A stretch of DNA of 64,000 nt from Octopus vulgaris (lineage: Eukaryota): positions 65,038,001 to 65,102,000 of the forward strand of contig OX597827.1 of NCBI GenBank assembly GCA_951406725.2, in the 5' to 3' direction. Within the stretch, counting starts at the first letter, position 1. Each line of letters starts with the position of its first letter. The position numbers and the translations under genes were made by a program. Below, piece after piece: positions 28,900 through 43,250 of this stretch. The notes under the pieces were generated by a model. The model was not told the origin of the DNA. It ran no database searches and was given only the letters and a program-made list of their open reading frames with translations.

Positions 28900-29012
28900 T
28901 TTTGAACGATGAGGGAATAGATCACTTAGACGTGCGAGAGAAAATTTTCTCTCTCACTTAAAGGGTCCATACCTTAACGGAACTCCTTGCCTGCAGGAAC
29001 AAGGTGTACTCT
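28900..29012 (+). ncRNA. Degenerate hammerhead-like fold with long helices II and III
   Basis: acgatgag..hairpin gagagaaaattttctctc..cggaa ctccttg cctgcagg aacaaggtg ta. Confidence 0.3.
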
Positions 29013-29112
29013 GATCTTTATTCTTCCATCTTTATTGTTCTATCTACTGCTTTATTCTTCTATATACTGTGAATTCTCTGTTTCCTGTATACACACACAC
29101 ACACACACACAT

Positions 29113-29150
<38 letters not shown>

Positions 29151-29758
29151 CCATGTATAAATTATAACAAACAGTAAAAGGTTGTCATTATAGAACTCGG
29201 AATTTCGAATACAAGAGCGTTACATGTTCGTCGATACATGCTCGTCTGCTATTTATGGCAACAGACGCTACGTAAAACAGTTAAATACAAGGAAGTAACA
29301 CCAATAATGGGAAAAACAAAAATATATTACAAAAATATATAAAATACATATATAAAATATACACACAACCATACTCTCACAATGCATAGACATAAAACTC
29401 CTGCGTGCACAACGTCTACATACGTACACACTCACACAAACATATATACCTACATGGACAAACACACAAAGACAGAAACATAGATGTATGTACGTTCTCA
29501 TACATACACACATATCCACACACACATGCACACACACACACACATGTATATATATACGCAATCTCATTCACATATACACATATAGACATTGATGTTTACA
29601 TGCATACACTTACCATAAAACATATATATACATTTAGACATTTAGACATATAAATATACGTATATATATACAGACATATGTATAGATATATATACACGTA
29701 AACATATATATATATATACAAATATATACATATAGTCATATATATATGCACATATATA

Positions 29759-29800
<42 letters not shown>

Positions 29801-30260
29801 AGTATATGTACGATATATACTTATATATACTTATAAGATATAAGAGAAGAAAATATAGAGATAACTGATTAATTATTATTTTTTTAATTAAAAAATTGAG
29901 AAACATCCCTTAAAGCTCTTTCATTTCAAGACCTTCAGAAAATTAATTAGTGAAATTAAAAAAGTATTAGAAAATCGAATCTCGTCAGAATTGGTTTTAG
30001 CTATACAAAATACGGGTTCAATTCCTGCATGTTGTGTAAAAAACTGGAAATCATTAACTGATAAAATTTATACATAAAGATCATAGTATGAAACAAGGTG
30101 TAGGTCTTAGAATGTTGAAGAAATTTGTAAAGTAAGAATAGTTATCTAGAGTGCTAAGTTGAATCAAAAACTCTCAATTTTTTAAATCTTATTATAATAA
30201 ATAAATATATATAAACCACGATTTATATAGTTACCTTGCAGTTGAGTATTTACTCTAATG

Positions 30261-30598
30261 TTAGAGTTAGAGTTAGAGTTAGCTAGGGTTAGGGTTAGGG
30301 GGGGAGGGTACCTTTTTTCTTCAGAAATGTAAATAAACCCAATCTGTTTCTTTAACGAGGGACATATTCATACGGCACAGAATGTTTTTTTTACCTCAAT
30401 AGACGTCATTGAATGGTTGAAATTGCAGAAATTGAAGAAAAAAAAACAACAAGTATCATGCAAACTATAGAATTTTCTCAATAAAGCCAAGAGAAAAAGA
30501 TGTTTTATAAACACATTCTACCAGTATACGAAGTTTAAAAGTGTTTAGTTACGTGGAAATTATTAAAAAAAACTGCCGTTCAAACCGAAAAGGTCCCT
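30261..30598. mobile_element. Repeat fragment with telomere-like TTAGAG/TTAGGG units, probably a non-autonomous DNA element
   Basis: gttagagttagagttagagttagctagggttagggttaggg; ends ctgccgttcaaaccgaaaaggtccc. Confidence 0.4.
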
Positions 30599-31403
30599 TT
30601 CTAACAGCTATTCTAATTGTATGCACTAGTGTGGAAATGTCTGGGTGTTTTCTAGAGGTTCGGATGGTGTGGTTGGGAATATTTTGTGTAGATGATTACA
30701 ATGCTGTATAGAATAACAAAGTGTGTTTTCAAAAATGCAGAATGTCTTCAGATCTCTAAGACTATGAAGTACCATTAATGCTATTATGCCTTATCCACGC
30801 AGCTATTTGGTTTCAACATGGTGAAATTGAATACGCAAATTAAAATCCGTTGATCAGGCGTTCATAGGTTAGGATGACGAGCTCTAAGTGTTGATTCCAT
30901 TTTCAAGACCTCTTGATATGATTTTGACAGGCTGTAGACACAAGAGTTCAAACGATCACCCCGAAACCAATGAAAAATAATGAATTATCCGAAGTGGAAT
31001 ATAGCAAAAATAGAAGTATATTGATTTCTGAGTGAAACAAATTGAAAAAAAAAATGAGATAAGTATATAATTTTGAAATGAAAATAAAGGCTATAAAACA
31101 AAAAAGAGAAGACCAAATGTGACAGACATGGGTAAATTTATTCCCAGAATGCATCTATTTCTGACAAGTTATTTTATAATAGAGTCGTGATTCATCACTT
31201 CCGTAAGATATATGGTTGTCAGTTGAAATATCAATGGGTCGTATTCTGCCAAAGACGAAGCAATGTCTGATGACGACAGTTTCTTATCAGGTATCACAAT
31301 CAATGTAGCTGTTAATAGATACCATGTGAAGGCATAGTTTACCATTTTAAACAACCTTATGGTACGGTACAATCGTTGAATGTGCCCACGTGTGCGTAGG
31401 TCC

Positions 31404-31454
<51 letters not shown>

Positions 31455-31619
31455 GCATTTTTTTCTCTAGGGAGACAATGGAGTTGCGCATAAACTAATC
31501 CAGTCTGGTTTTTACATATCATATCCTCCCCAGTTTTCTCTATTTGCATTGTTTGACCTTTAAAATTTTCCAACGTTATATTCCATATACAATGCTTCAA
31601 GCAAACTATACAATCTTAA

Positions 31620-31942
<323 letters not shown>

Positions 31943-32399
31943 CATATATATACATGTATATAAGCGATTTGTTGTTGATATCAACTTTACTCGGGTGTTC
32001 CGATTTTACACGTGTTGTGAGAACGTTAGACATCATTTCAATATGGCAATGAGAAATAAATTTTAGTGAATATTACTCAGTCAATTATAGTCCAAACTTT
32101 TGTCAGTGTTTCTTGGTATTATTTTGTATGTGTGTCTTCTTTTTTTTTTCCCCGACATAATTGCCAAACTTTTCGGAGCTATATTTTAGCACTCTCGCAT
32201 GCCAAACGTTTCCCCTCCCCTCCTCCTCCTCCTCCTCACCATCTTCATCTTCATCATCATCATCGCTGTTATTGTGATGATAATGCTTATACCTTCGAAA
32301 CTAAATCACGTATCTTGTCTATTTCGTTTACTTTAAGTGGAATTTATAACGTCTTTTAATTCATTGAAGCTTTGTGTGTGAGTCTCTTTATGTGCGCGC

Positions 32400-32485
<86 letters not shown>

Positions 32486-33185
32486 GGCATAGAAATATTT
32501 CTATATAATTTTCCTAAACATTAATGGTAGATATTTATTTAAATATTATCCGTTTCTGCTTTCAACGCAATATATCGAACTTTCAGCCAAGTGACCATAA
32601 TGCTAAGTGAGACTTAATTGTCATAACTGTTAGACAACTTCCTGTTTCGTAGCTAAAAGGAAATATAACAGGAAGTTCTTAAGTATAATGAACTATTGTC
32701 GAACTAGCAGTAATATAAGTTCTACTAGTAACACCAAAGCCAAGTTTATATTAATATATATACGAAAACAAACGATATTGTGAAGAGGTAAAACCAAAAA
32801 GACAATACTATGAACAAAATACAGAGAACAGGAAATAGAGAAGAGCAAATATGACAAAGTGGCGGTAATATTAAAAAGAAAATGTGAAATTAGTTATATC
32901 CTTTCTACTATAGGCACAAGGCCCAATGAAATTGGTTATATAGTAATATAGAAATATGGAAACTTGTGATAATGACTGTTTGGGAACATATGTATTATCT
33001 TACAGGTTAGAAATAGGAAATGAATCTGTCTCGTATTTCATCGTAGCGTTTTAAAAAGGGCAGAATATAGTATGACTGAATAATGTGATCAATAAAATCA
33101 ACAAATGAAAAAGCAACATTGGGAGGTGCTAGCGCATTCGGTAATATAAGCAACATAAAAATAAAACTATTAAATAAAAATATAT

Positions 33186-33363
33186 AGGCGCAGGAGTGGC
33201 TGTGTGGTAAGTAGCTTGTTTACCAACCACATGTTTCCGGGTTCAGTCCCACTGCGTGGCACCTCGGGCAAGTGTCTTCTACTATAGCCTCGGGCCGACC
33301 AAAGCCTTGTGAGTGGATTTGGTAGACGGAAACTGAAAGAAGCCCGTCGTATATATGTATATA

Positions 33364-33431
<68 letters not shown>

Positions 33432-33648
33432 TGTGTGTGTTTGTGTGTCTGTGTTTGTCCCCCTAGCATTGCTTGACAACCGATGCTGGTGTGTTTATGT
33501 CCCCGTTACTTAGCGGTTCGGCAAAAGAGAGCGATAGAATAAGTACTGGGCTTACAAAAGAATAAGTCCCGGGGTCGAGTTGTTCGATCAAAGGCGGTGC
33601 TCCAGCATGGCCGCAGTCAAAATGACGGAAACAAGTAAAAGAGTAAAA
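33186..33648 (+). mobile_element. SINE family A, full-length reference copy
   Basis: aggcgcaggagtggctgtgtggtaag..ggttcagtccc..(TA)n(TG)n..ggcggtgctccagcatggccgcagtc..gaaacaagtaaaagag. Confidence 0.93.
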
Positions 33649-33842
33649 TAGTATACCATGTTTCTTTAAACAGACAATCTATTGCTTGAATGTTCATATT
33701 GCTTAAATGCTCTCCAATCTGAGCCGAGTTTTGTGATTTACTGCCGAACAGCTAACAATATCAGCCACCATATAACACATGTTGGATCCAAGCAGATTGA
33801 GGAAGTTTTTTACACAGAAAACATCATAGGTATGAGAAGAAA

Positions 33843-34056
33843 ACGGCGAGCTGGCAGAATCGTTAGCATGGCGGACAAAGTGTTTAGTGACATTTACAAC
33901 TTTACTTTGTGAGTTCAAATGCCGGTGAGGTCGACTTTGCCTTTTATCCTTCCGGGGTTGATAAAATAAGTACCACTTGAACACCGGGGTCGATGTAATT
34001 GATTTGCATCCCCCCCCCCCAAACGTACTGACCTTGTAATAACATTTGAAACCAAT
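33843..34056 (+). mobile_element. SINE family B (short-tail subfamily)
   Basis: cggcgagctggcagaatcgttagc..gagttcaaat..gactttgccttttatccttccggggttgataaaataagtacc. Confidence 0.85.
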
Positions 34057-34853
34057 ACTTGTAAGAGAAAAAGTTTCTTTACAATATTATTCCAATCGAG
34101 CCGTGTATATGTTCCCTAACGGCGATATGCAAAAAAGCGAAGCATTAGAATGTCTCTGGATCACAGTTCTGCCCTCTGTTAAATGGCCACAGCAGAGGGA
34201 TGTGAATTTAAGGTGGCATAAACTTTCTGACAGATAAGTTTATACCTCGTTTGGCTTGTTCGGGCTGATTATATTGGCTGCGTTATCTATCTTTTGCTTA
34301 CTTCAGTCATTAGCTTGGGGGCCTTGAAGAATTTTAATCAAATGAATCTCGACAATAACTTACTGTCTTTAAACTTGGTACAAATTCTATCGTTCACATT
34401 TACCGAACTGCGAAGTTACGGGGATGTAAGCTCACCAAGATCGGTTGCCAACCGGTGAAGAGGGCGAGATCAACAAAAATACGAGGACTCTCAAACAGAC
34501 ACTCAAATATATATATACATACTCGTAATAAAAATCCAGGAAACGAACAGCATACAGCCTTAGGGACAAAAGACCGAATGGTGGGCAACGCTTAGAGGGC
34601 AATCCTAAAGGGTTAACAAGGCAACAAACAGGCAATAGATCAGCTACGCTATAAGTGTAAAGAAGAAAGAGGAATAAAGGTTCGCTACGGGTCACATGTC
34701 ATCATCAAGTAGAGGAGAGAGAGAGAGTAGGAGACAGAAAAAGGGAGAAAGAAGAAAGGTTAGAAAAATATGGGGGTGAGAGAGAGAGAGAAAATGGGGA
34801 AGCGACTAAGAGACAGGAAAAGAGAAAGTGAACAGGCTAGAAATAGAAGCTGA

Positions 34854-34892
<39 letters not shown>

Positions 34893-34895
<3 letters not shown>

Positions 34896-35088
34896 TTGAT
34901 AATTTTCTTTCTCCGTCTCCTCTTCCTTGGACCGTTCCTTTTTCTATGTTTCTGACAAAGAGCTCCGCTCGAAACGTTAAATCCTCCCTCTTTCTTTCCT
35001 TTCCTGTGCATCCAATAACCCTATACTTGTTCCACGTCCTCGCATTGTTGTGTTTTCTCTTTGTGTTTTCATGTTTGGATTAACTATA
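34893..35088 (+). mobile_element. Hammerhead element family H1 (core CTGACAA)
   Basis: gtttctgacaaagagctccgctcgaaacgttaaat; flanked by (TA)n. Confidence 0.82.
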
Positions 35089-35096
35089 TATATATG

Positions 35097-35260
35097 CGAC
35101 GAGCCTTTCGCACTTTCCGTCTACCAAATCCATTCACGAGTCATTGATGGGCCCGAGGCTGTTGTAGAAGATATTTGCTCAAGGCGAAATAAGTGGAACT
35201 GAACCCGGAATCGTATAATTGCGAATTAAACTTCTTACCACGCAGCCACGCCTGCACCTA
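35097..35260 (-). mobile_element. SINE family A, 5' half
   Basis: tttccgtctaccaaatcc..gaactgaacccgga..ttaccacgcagccacgcctgcacct. Confidence 0.8.
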
Positions 35261-36189
35261 TACACAAGAAAGTATATGCTGGTGCGGGCCATTTAATACA
35301 AGTCGAGAACTGAACTAGGATCTCAAACGCATCATCCATTACAGAGGAGAAAGTTCTTTCATGGTCGAAGACTATAGTAACAACTGTGTCAGATTCAGAG
35401 CGGAAAGAATTATATGTATAACGCCGTTATTTTTGTAAACTTGATATTGATTTCTGTTTAGTACTGCCACAAGGGAATATATGTATGGGACTCCGATAAA
35501 TTGAAACAAAACTCCTCGGTCAATATGTTTTATCGATCACAAGGAGGAGTCGATTGGGTTTGATAAAAGTACAAAAACAAATCAGAATTTGTAACGTCAA
35601 CAGCAGTATTTCGAAAATGATTGAACAGTACATGTAATATTTCTAACATTACTTTGAATTATTAATTCGTAATATTTCACCTAAATACCACAAAAAATTG
35701 TTTAACCAAATCTGACATTAGTAAGAAGCAGAAACAAACAGCAATGGCATTCAATTTTGGTGCTTTCTCTAAATTATTTAAAACTGCCATGGGAACTATG
35801 TTTCCTGTGAAATAGAAGATATATTTTCTGTTGGTGAAGGATGGTGAAAGTGGTAAATGTGTTCTATGAATTATCAAAAAAGATAGTGGTTCAATTCCTA
35901 GACAGGTTGTGTTGTACTTCGTTTCTTATTGTTCAAGTTTTGAGTTTTGTCAATTGTAAGGAGTAGAAGTCATTAGCAGGTGCAAATTTCTCTCCATTCA
36001 GCTCTCACATGAAGGACCTCAGGATGGGCAAAAGATAAGAGATTGGGAGAAAGGTATTCTGATTGCTCGCAACTACATTGTTCCCTCAAACTATTAGCAA
36101 AAGCATAGCACATGCAACCATGCTCGTTCGCCAGTAAAGGATGTCATCTGTTACATTCATAAAGACGTTTTTTACGGTCAGAATTACTG

Positions 36190-36446
36190 AAGCACACTGT
36201 AGGGTAACACATCACAGCCGAGCTGCAGCAATTGTTGTCTGGTTCCCAAAGCCGAAAATGAACTTCCTTATTTTCCATTTTAAAGGGTTACAGAATTAAC
36301 ACAGGTTATAGGAACATAAAACTTTTTCAACGAACATATAGCTTAAACTGTGCTCTAAATGGAGGTGTAGTCAAATCCTATTTTATGGACTCAAAATAAG
36401 TCGAAATGTAAGCTACTATAAATCGGCACGAACTTTCCGGACAACT
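36190..36446 (-). mobile_element. Internally deleted mariner element (TIR, transposase start, QLGxDV motif)
   Basis: rc ttgtccggaaagttcgtgccgattt..atggaaaataaggaagttcattttcgg..aaccagacaacaattgctgcagctcggctg; homologous to 48062-48378. Confidence 0.8.
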
Positions 36447-36612
36447 TTCTGAGTTCAAATTCCGCCGAGGTCGACTTTGCCTTTTATTATTTAGGGATCG
36501 ATTAAATAAGTACCAGTTACGCCCTGGGGTTGATGTAATCGACTAAATCCCTTTGTATGTCTTTGTTTATGCCTCTATGTTTACCCCCAATCCTGTTGGT
36601 AATAAAAAATAA
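36447..36612 (+). mobile_element. SINE family B, 5'-truncated
   Basis: ttctgagttcaaattccgccgaggtcgactttgcc..aagtaccagttacg. Confidence 0.85.
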
Positions 36613-37171
36613 ATATACTTGTTACTCTATTTCACATAAAAATACAGAGAGCTTAATATTTGCTTCAGAATTCGTAGCGAAATAACAGGATAAATGTTGT
36701 CATATACATCAAAATTAAATAGTATCATTATAGCTGTTTGTAGACCCTTGGAAATATTTTTTCATAAGAGCAAAAGAAAAACCAAAATCAATATAACTAT
36801 AATCAATTATTTTCGGGATTAAACAGTAAACTTAAAGAAAAATTGTTTATGAACCGTGAAATTAGTTACGATCTCTCTTGATATTCCTTTATTAATCCTG
36901 TAATAAATGTCATTGATTTATGTATGTATGTATGTATGTATATATGTACACAAACATACGCTTATACACATATATGTACATGTATACATGTGTATGTATA
37001 TAATTGATGAGCGTATGCGCATGCATGTACATATAAGTATATGTGAATGTCCGCATGTGTGTGTGTTTGTGCGTTTGTATTTGTACGTATGTGTGTGTAG
37101 GAGCGTATTATATGAATGTAAACAGACACACATAAGATTACTATGAAACTTTTTATTACAATAGAAATGAA

Positions 37172-37220
<49 letters not shown>

Positions 37221-37339
37221 TGTTGTGTGTGTGTTTATATAAAATATACAATATATTCATATGTATATATATATATATATATAAATCAGAATGTATATCT
37301 ATCTATCTATATATATATCTTTCTATCTATCTATTTATC

Positions 37340-37343
37340 TATG

Positions 37344-37442
<99 letters not shown>

Positions 37443-37456
37443 TTATCTATCTATCT
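37340..37456. repeat. (TATC)n tetranucleotide array; similar arrays at 10480-10570, 13975-14055, 39190-39356
   Basis: Direct inspection. Confidence 0.95.
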
Positions 37457-38054
37457 ATTCTTTTTCTTTATCTGCATGTAGATATACATATTCTGTAATC
37501 GAATCATCCATACACACAACGGCAGAGTGACTTCTACTCGCAGCTTGTATATATACAACTTCCTATATATGCAACTTCAAGATATTTCCATGGAAGTCTC
37601 CTCAGCTGTATTCAACTCCTTCAGCGCATTAAATTCACTTAGTTATATGGTGTAAGTCTTATATTCTAAACGGGGTAAGATATGTACCTCAATTTTATTT
37701 TTACACTCGGAAGATTTCGGATGCAGCTGTGCTGATCTCTTGGTGAAGAGTCTCGAAAGATCTAATGAATAATTTAAATACACGCAATGCTGACACTCTA
37801 TTGGCATTTTCTGTATTGTTACAAAAACCAAGTAGATTTTAGAACTGGATTTAGTCTTTGCGACTTTAAAGCATGAAAAACAATTAAATTGTGGAAAAAT
37901 TAAATGAAGTATTTATGTTTTTGAATAATTCCATAGTTTTCAAATACAGAGGACACTTTCCTTTTTTTCTGTCTCTTTCTGTTTTAATTTTATGAAGGCT
38001 CGGTAGGTAGGTAGTAACAGGCCTGAAGGAATATTTAATATATATATATATGTA

Positions 38055-38345
38055 TGCGTTGTGGTGACTGTGTGGTAAGTAGCTTGCTTACCAATCACAT
38101 TGTTCTTCTACTATAGCCTCGGGCCGACTAAAGTCTTGTAAATGGATTTGGTAGACGGAAACTGAAAGAGGTCTGTCGTATATATGTATATATTTATGTT
38201 CGGCCCCCACCGTTGTTTAGAAAACGATGCTGGTGTGTTTACGTACTCGCAACTTAGCGTTTCGGCAGAAGACCTGATAGAGTAAGTACTAGGCCTACAA
38301 AGAATAAATTTTGGGTTGCAGTCAAATGACGGAAGTAAATAAAAC
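38055..38345 (+). mobile_element. SINE family A with internal deletions
   Basis: gactgtgtggtaagtagcttgcttaccaatcac..ggatttggtagacggaaactgaaag..gcagtcaaatgacggaag. Confidence 0.8.
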
Positions 38346-38756
38346 ACAAGTGATGTATATGTAGGTATGCATGTATATATGTATGTATGTATATATGTAT
38401 TATGTATGTATGTATACATGCATGCATGCATATATGTATACATATATATACATATATGTATGTATGCATGTATATATGTATATATGTATGTATTATTGCA
38501 TGTATATATGTATGTTTGCTTGCATGTATGTATGCATGCATATATGTATGTATGTATGTATATAAGTATGCACGTGTGTATGTATGCATGAATGCATGCA
38601 TATATGTATGTAAGTATGCAGGTGTGTATATTTGTATGCATGCATTTATGTATATATGTATGTATGCATGTATGTATGTGTGCAGGCATGTATATATGCA
38701 TGTATGTATGTGTGTATGTATGTATCTATCAATCTATATACATAGATATGTGTATA

Positions 38757-38802
<46 letters not shown>

Positions 38803-38899
38803 TATACATACATATGTTTACATATATATACATATATATACATATATATACATATGTATACATATGTATACATATATATACATATATATGTGTGTGTGT

Positions 38900-39102
38900 G
38901 TTCTTGTGTGTCTGTGTTTGTCTCCTCACCATCGCTTCACAATCGATGTCGGTTTAGTTTATGTCCTTGTAACCAAGCGTTTCAGTAAAAAAGACAGATA
39001 GAATAAGTACTAGGGTTACAAAAAATATGTCATGGAGTCGATATTTTCATCTAAAGATGGTGCTCCAGCATGACCTCAGTCAAATGACTATAACAAATAA
39101 AA
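38900..39102 (+). mobile_element. SINE family A, 3' half
   Basis: tgtctgtgtttgtc..gatagaataagtactagg..ggtgctccagcatgacctcagtcaaatgac. Confidence 0.8.
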
Positions 39103-39187
39103 TACTATATATGTATATGTATGTATGTATATAGGCTGAGACTTAAGTAATAACTACCTGGACTTGTCTCCCAACTTTATATACACA

Positions 39188-39277
<90 letters not shown>

Positions 39278-39286
39278 CCTACCTAC

Positions 39287-39358
<72 letters not shown>

Positions 39359-39848
39359 ATATATATACATATATATATATATAATGATTTAAATGAGCCA
39401 TAAATCAATACTGTATTTTGAAGAAAGGCGTTTCCCCCAGGAGATGAAATGTCGAACAAGAGAAAAGAAGGAAAAAATAAAAGAGCAAATATTTCGGATA
39501 GAATTTTATTTTGCATCATTCTTTTATTCTTCTTTCTGTCTTTCTTTTTATGTGCAAATCAAACTTATTGTTTCGATTGTTCGTAGTGAAAAATATTGGA
39601 GAGGTGACCAGCTGGAAAAACAAAGCAAAATAAACACAAGAAAACGTATTTAGCTACTTACTACGACTATACCAAATTTACCATGAAAATGAGATGCTTT
39701 ATATGCACAAGCGAGATAGTGACTAAATTTGTTTTTCTTTGGTTAGATGAATAAGGAAATATCGAATCCTTGTCTATGCTGTAGGCTAACGAACTGGTTT
39801 ATCTCCACCGTTTACATCTCACGACATTATATACGCCTGGAAGTATGT

Positions 39849-39881
<33 letters not shown>

Positions 39882-39883
<2 letters not shown>

Positions 39884-40283
39884 CTCTTTTACTCTTTTAC
39901 TTGTTTCAGTCATTTGACTGCGGCCAAGCTGGAGCACCGCCTTTAGACGAGCAAGTCGACCCCGGGAATTGTTCTTTGTAAGCCCAGTACTTATTCTATC
40001 GGTATATTTTGCCGAACTGCTAAGTGGCGGTGACGTAAGCACACCAGCATCGGTTGTCAAGCAATGCTAGGGGGACAAACACAGACACACAAACACACAC
40101 ACATATATATATATATATACGACAGGCTTCTTTCAGTTTCCGTCTACCAAATCCACTCACAAGGCTTTGTTCGGCCCGAGGCTATAGTAGAAGAGACTTA
40201 CCCAAGATGCTACGCAGTGAGACTGAACCCAGAACCATGTGGTTGGTAAGCAATCTACTTACCACACATCCACTCCTGCGCCT
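39882..40283 (-). mobile_element. SINE family A, full length
   Basis: Reverse complement of the 33186-33648 type. Confidence 0.92.
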
Positions 40284-40553
40284 ATATGATTTTTATGTAA
40301 GTTTTATTTAAAATTCTTCTTGAGAGTAGTCAAGTTAGTCGCTAACAAATCGGCAGGACCTTCTGAGTTAAGAGAGTTCTCAGTGTTTGAAAAATGTGGT
40401 TGGTTTGGTGTGTTGGGTGAACTGTCGATGCATACACCCAAGCGTGTGCCTATATTTAAATACGAATCTCAGAATGAGAACGTTTGGAATGTCTCACGAG
40501 TCTTCACTGAGCCACTCATAGATTGGACTGCCGCTATGTTTGTATGTATGTAC

Positions 40554-40765
40554 ATGTGACCGCCTGCGTTCCTTTGGCGAGGTTTTTTCCTCCGTCTTCC
40601 CTTCCTTGGATCCTTCCTTTCTCTAAGTTTCTGACGAAGAGCTCCGCTCGAAACGTTAAGTCCTCCTTCTTTCTTTCCTTCCTGATCGACCAATAACACT
40701 ATACTTGTTCCACGTCCTCGCGTTGTTGTGTTTTCTCTTTGTGTTTTCATATTTGGATTAACTTT
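40554..40765 (+). mobile_element. Hammerhead element family H1, best-preserved core
   Basis: gttt CTGACGA(40631-40637) a gagc tcc gctc GAAA(40650-40653) cgtt aag. Confidence 0.85.
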
Positions 40766-40934
40766 ATGTATGTAGGTACTATGTATGTATGTATGTATGT
40801 ATGTATGTATGTATGTATGTATGTATGTTTGTATGTATGTATGTATGTATGTATGTATGTATGTATGTATGTATGTATGTATATATGGATGGATGGATGG
40901 ATGGATAGATGGATCGATGGATCGATGGATGGAT

Positions 40935-41222
40935 GCAGATTTGTATGTTTTGCTTTATGTATGTATTCTCACGCATATATTTCCCGGCTAGACATACTCA
41001 TATATATTTACATGATAAAATTCTGGAATGCTAAAAATTTTTTCAGTTCCAGTGATGACTTGGATTTGTAGCCTTCGAATCAGCTTCCTCCATTCTGGTT
41101 TTGAGAAGCCTAATGTTTTACGATTTGTATTTAGGCAGTGTGTTACATATCCCAGTGCCCCAATTATTGCAGGTTTAAAACTCAACTTATCCGGATAAAG
41201 TAGATGTAGATTCTTGAATAGT
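40935..41222 (-). pseudogene. 3' end of an RLE-endonuclease non-LTR retrotransposon
   Basis: LHLLYPDKLSFKPAIIGALGYVTHCLNTNRKTLGFSKPEWRKLIRRLQIQVITGTEKI, a typical RLE C-terminus (IIGALG..LQ..GT). Confidence 0.75.
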
Positions 41223-41235
41223 ATGATTGTAGGTA

Positions 41236-41712
41236 TGACATTATTCAGTTTATTCCAACAAGGTGGCGAGCTGGCAGAAACGTTAGCACGCCGGGCGAAA
41301 TGCGTAGCCGTATTTCGTCTGTCTCTACGTTCTGAGTTCAAATTCCGCCGAGGACGACTTTGCCTTTCATCCTTTCGGGGTCGATTAAATAAGTACCAGT
41401 TACGCACTGGAGTCGATATAACCGACTTAATCTGTTTGTCTGTCCTTGTTTGCCCTCTCTGTGTTTAGCCCCTTGTGGGTAGTAAAGAAATAAGTTTATT
41501 CCAACATTTCTTGCTAATAGAGAAGAACTTGTTTCTAACCCATATACAAGGTTCCTTAATTGGAATTTCATCACCAACAGGGTATTTCTTTAATGTATGT
41601 ATGTATGTATGTATGTGCAGATTTGTATGTTTTATGTATATGTTCTCATGCATATAGTTACACATCTAGACATGCTCATATATATTTAAATGATAAACTT
41701 CTGGAAAATTTT
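41236..41712 (-). mobile_element. 3'UTR copy of the same RLE LINE, split by a SINE
   Basis: gcagatttgtatgttttatg..ctagacatgctcatatatattt..gataaacttctggaa duplicates 40935-41030; terminus shared with 47096-47220. Confidence 0.65.
41261..41492 (+). mobile_element. SINE family B, full length, 14-bp TSD
   Basis: TSD agtttattccaaca at 41247-41260 and 41493-41506. Confidence 0.95.
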
Positions 41713-42345
41713 ATGTATGTATGTATATATGTAGGTATATATATATGTTATGTACGTGTGTGTGTGTGCATGTCTGTGTGTGTGAGTGTGTATCTGTGTG
41801 TTGTTAGTTATTAAATTGCTACGTACAACTTATAATATATCGTAACTGGAGAAGGACCCGACCGCTGTCGCATCATCTGCTTCCGAAATGTGACTGAGCC
41901 CCAGCTGTAGATTTTCATTTGGGTGTTTATGTTTCTGCCATTGTATATTTGTGTGCGCATGTGCGTATGCAAATATTTCTGTGTATCCGTATAAGTGTGT
42001 GAATATCAGACCGAAGATTCACACACGCAATAACAAATCGTATTACATATACAACAATATACACATACATATACACATGAACTTCACAGAGTATTTGAAA
42101 GTTCGCGTAATTTAGACATTTATCCAATTAGGTTGCCTTGCTACTAATTTTAAATTAGTCTGGAGAATGACACTTGCCTAATATGAACGGAAACTATTAA
42201 ACTGGTTTTTATCACTACACAAACACTACGTGGGCGCACGTTATCATATGGTAACAAACAAGAATATATTGAAGTGCTTGTGATTACTAGAGTTTTTGAG
42301 CTGATGTCCCAAAAGTCACTACTGTCATTTGAAATCTTCCTGTGA

Positions 42346-42395
<50 letters not shown>

Positions 42396-42949
42396 TTTCA
42401 ACAACATTGAGGAACGGCCCCGATAGGTCATTTGACCCACTAGAAAGAGCAGCCAAGACTCAAACCGCTAAATAGTAGTAATTCAGAAATTAAAGGAAAA
42501 TTAAAAAACATTAACCCTATTTATCTTTAGACAAAGCATTGTTTCGACGTTCTTTATGGCAAACCAGCCTAATTAAATTAAATTAAATTTAATCAAGTCA
42601 ATCTACCAAAGGCCCGTCTCATCGGTAAAGAAGCCAGGAGGAATAGATATACACGAGGCAGCAGCATTTGTGCCACGGGAATATATACCCTCAGTTACGA
42701 TATATTATAAGTTGTACGTAGCAATTTAATAACTAACAACACACAGATACACACTCACACACACAATATATACCCTAAATATATACCCTAATTTTCAATA
42801 TATATCCTAAATATATATCTGTGTGTGTGTGTATGCATGCATGTATTCTAGCGTATGGTAAAGGTAAAGTTTCGGCCAAACTTAGTTCTCGATGAGTTGT
42901 TGGGGAAACACAATACATTTTGTCTGACCTACGATTAATGATTATATAG

Positions 42950-42986
<37 letters not shown>

Positions 42987-43071
42987 ATTTGTGTGTGTGT
43001 GTGCGTGTGTATGGATGGGTAGTTGGGTGTGCGTGTCTGTATGTCTGTGTATATATATATGTATATATATA

Positions 43072-43250
43072 TTTTTCTCTCCTTGTTTCTCTCCGTGTTT
43101 CTTTTCTGTGTATCTTTCTGTTGAAGAGCGTAGGCTCGAAACGTAAGAGACTTGTTTTATTTATATTCCTGAGCGCCATGCTAATACAGTTGTTTGTTTG
43201 TATTCCACCTGCCTTCGTCTTTTGTTTATTTTCATAAAGCTTCCCGTTAT
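43072..43250 (+). mobile_element. Hammerhead element family H2, core CTGTTGA
   Basis: tcttt CTGTTGA(43118-43124) a gagc gtag gctc GAAA cgTA agaga; (TA)n on both sides. Confidence 0.8.

Noticed and set aside
30261-30300. TTAGGG repeats as an interstitial telomere
   Set aside because: Only 2-3 canonical units mixed with TTAGAG, inside an apparent repeat element
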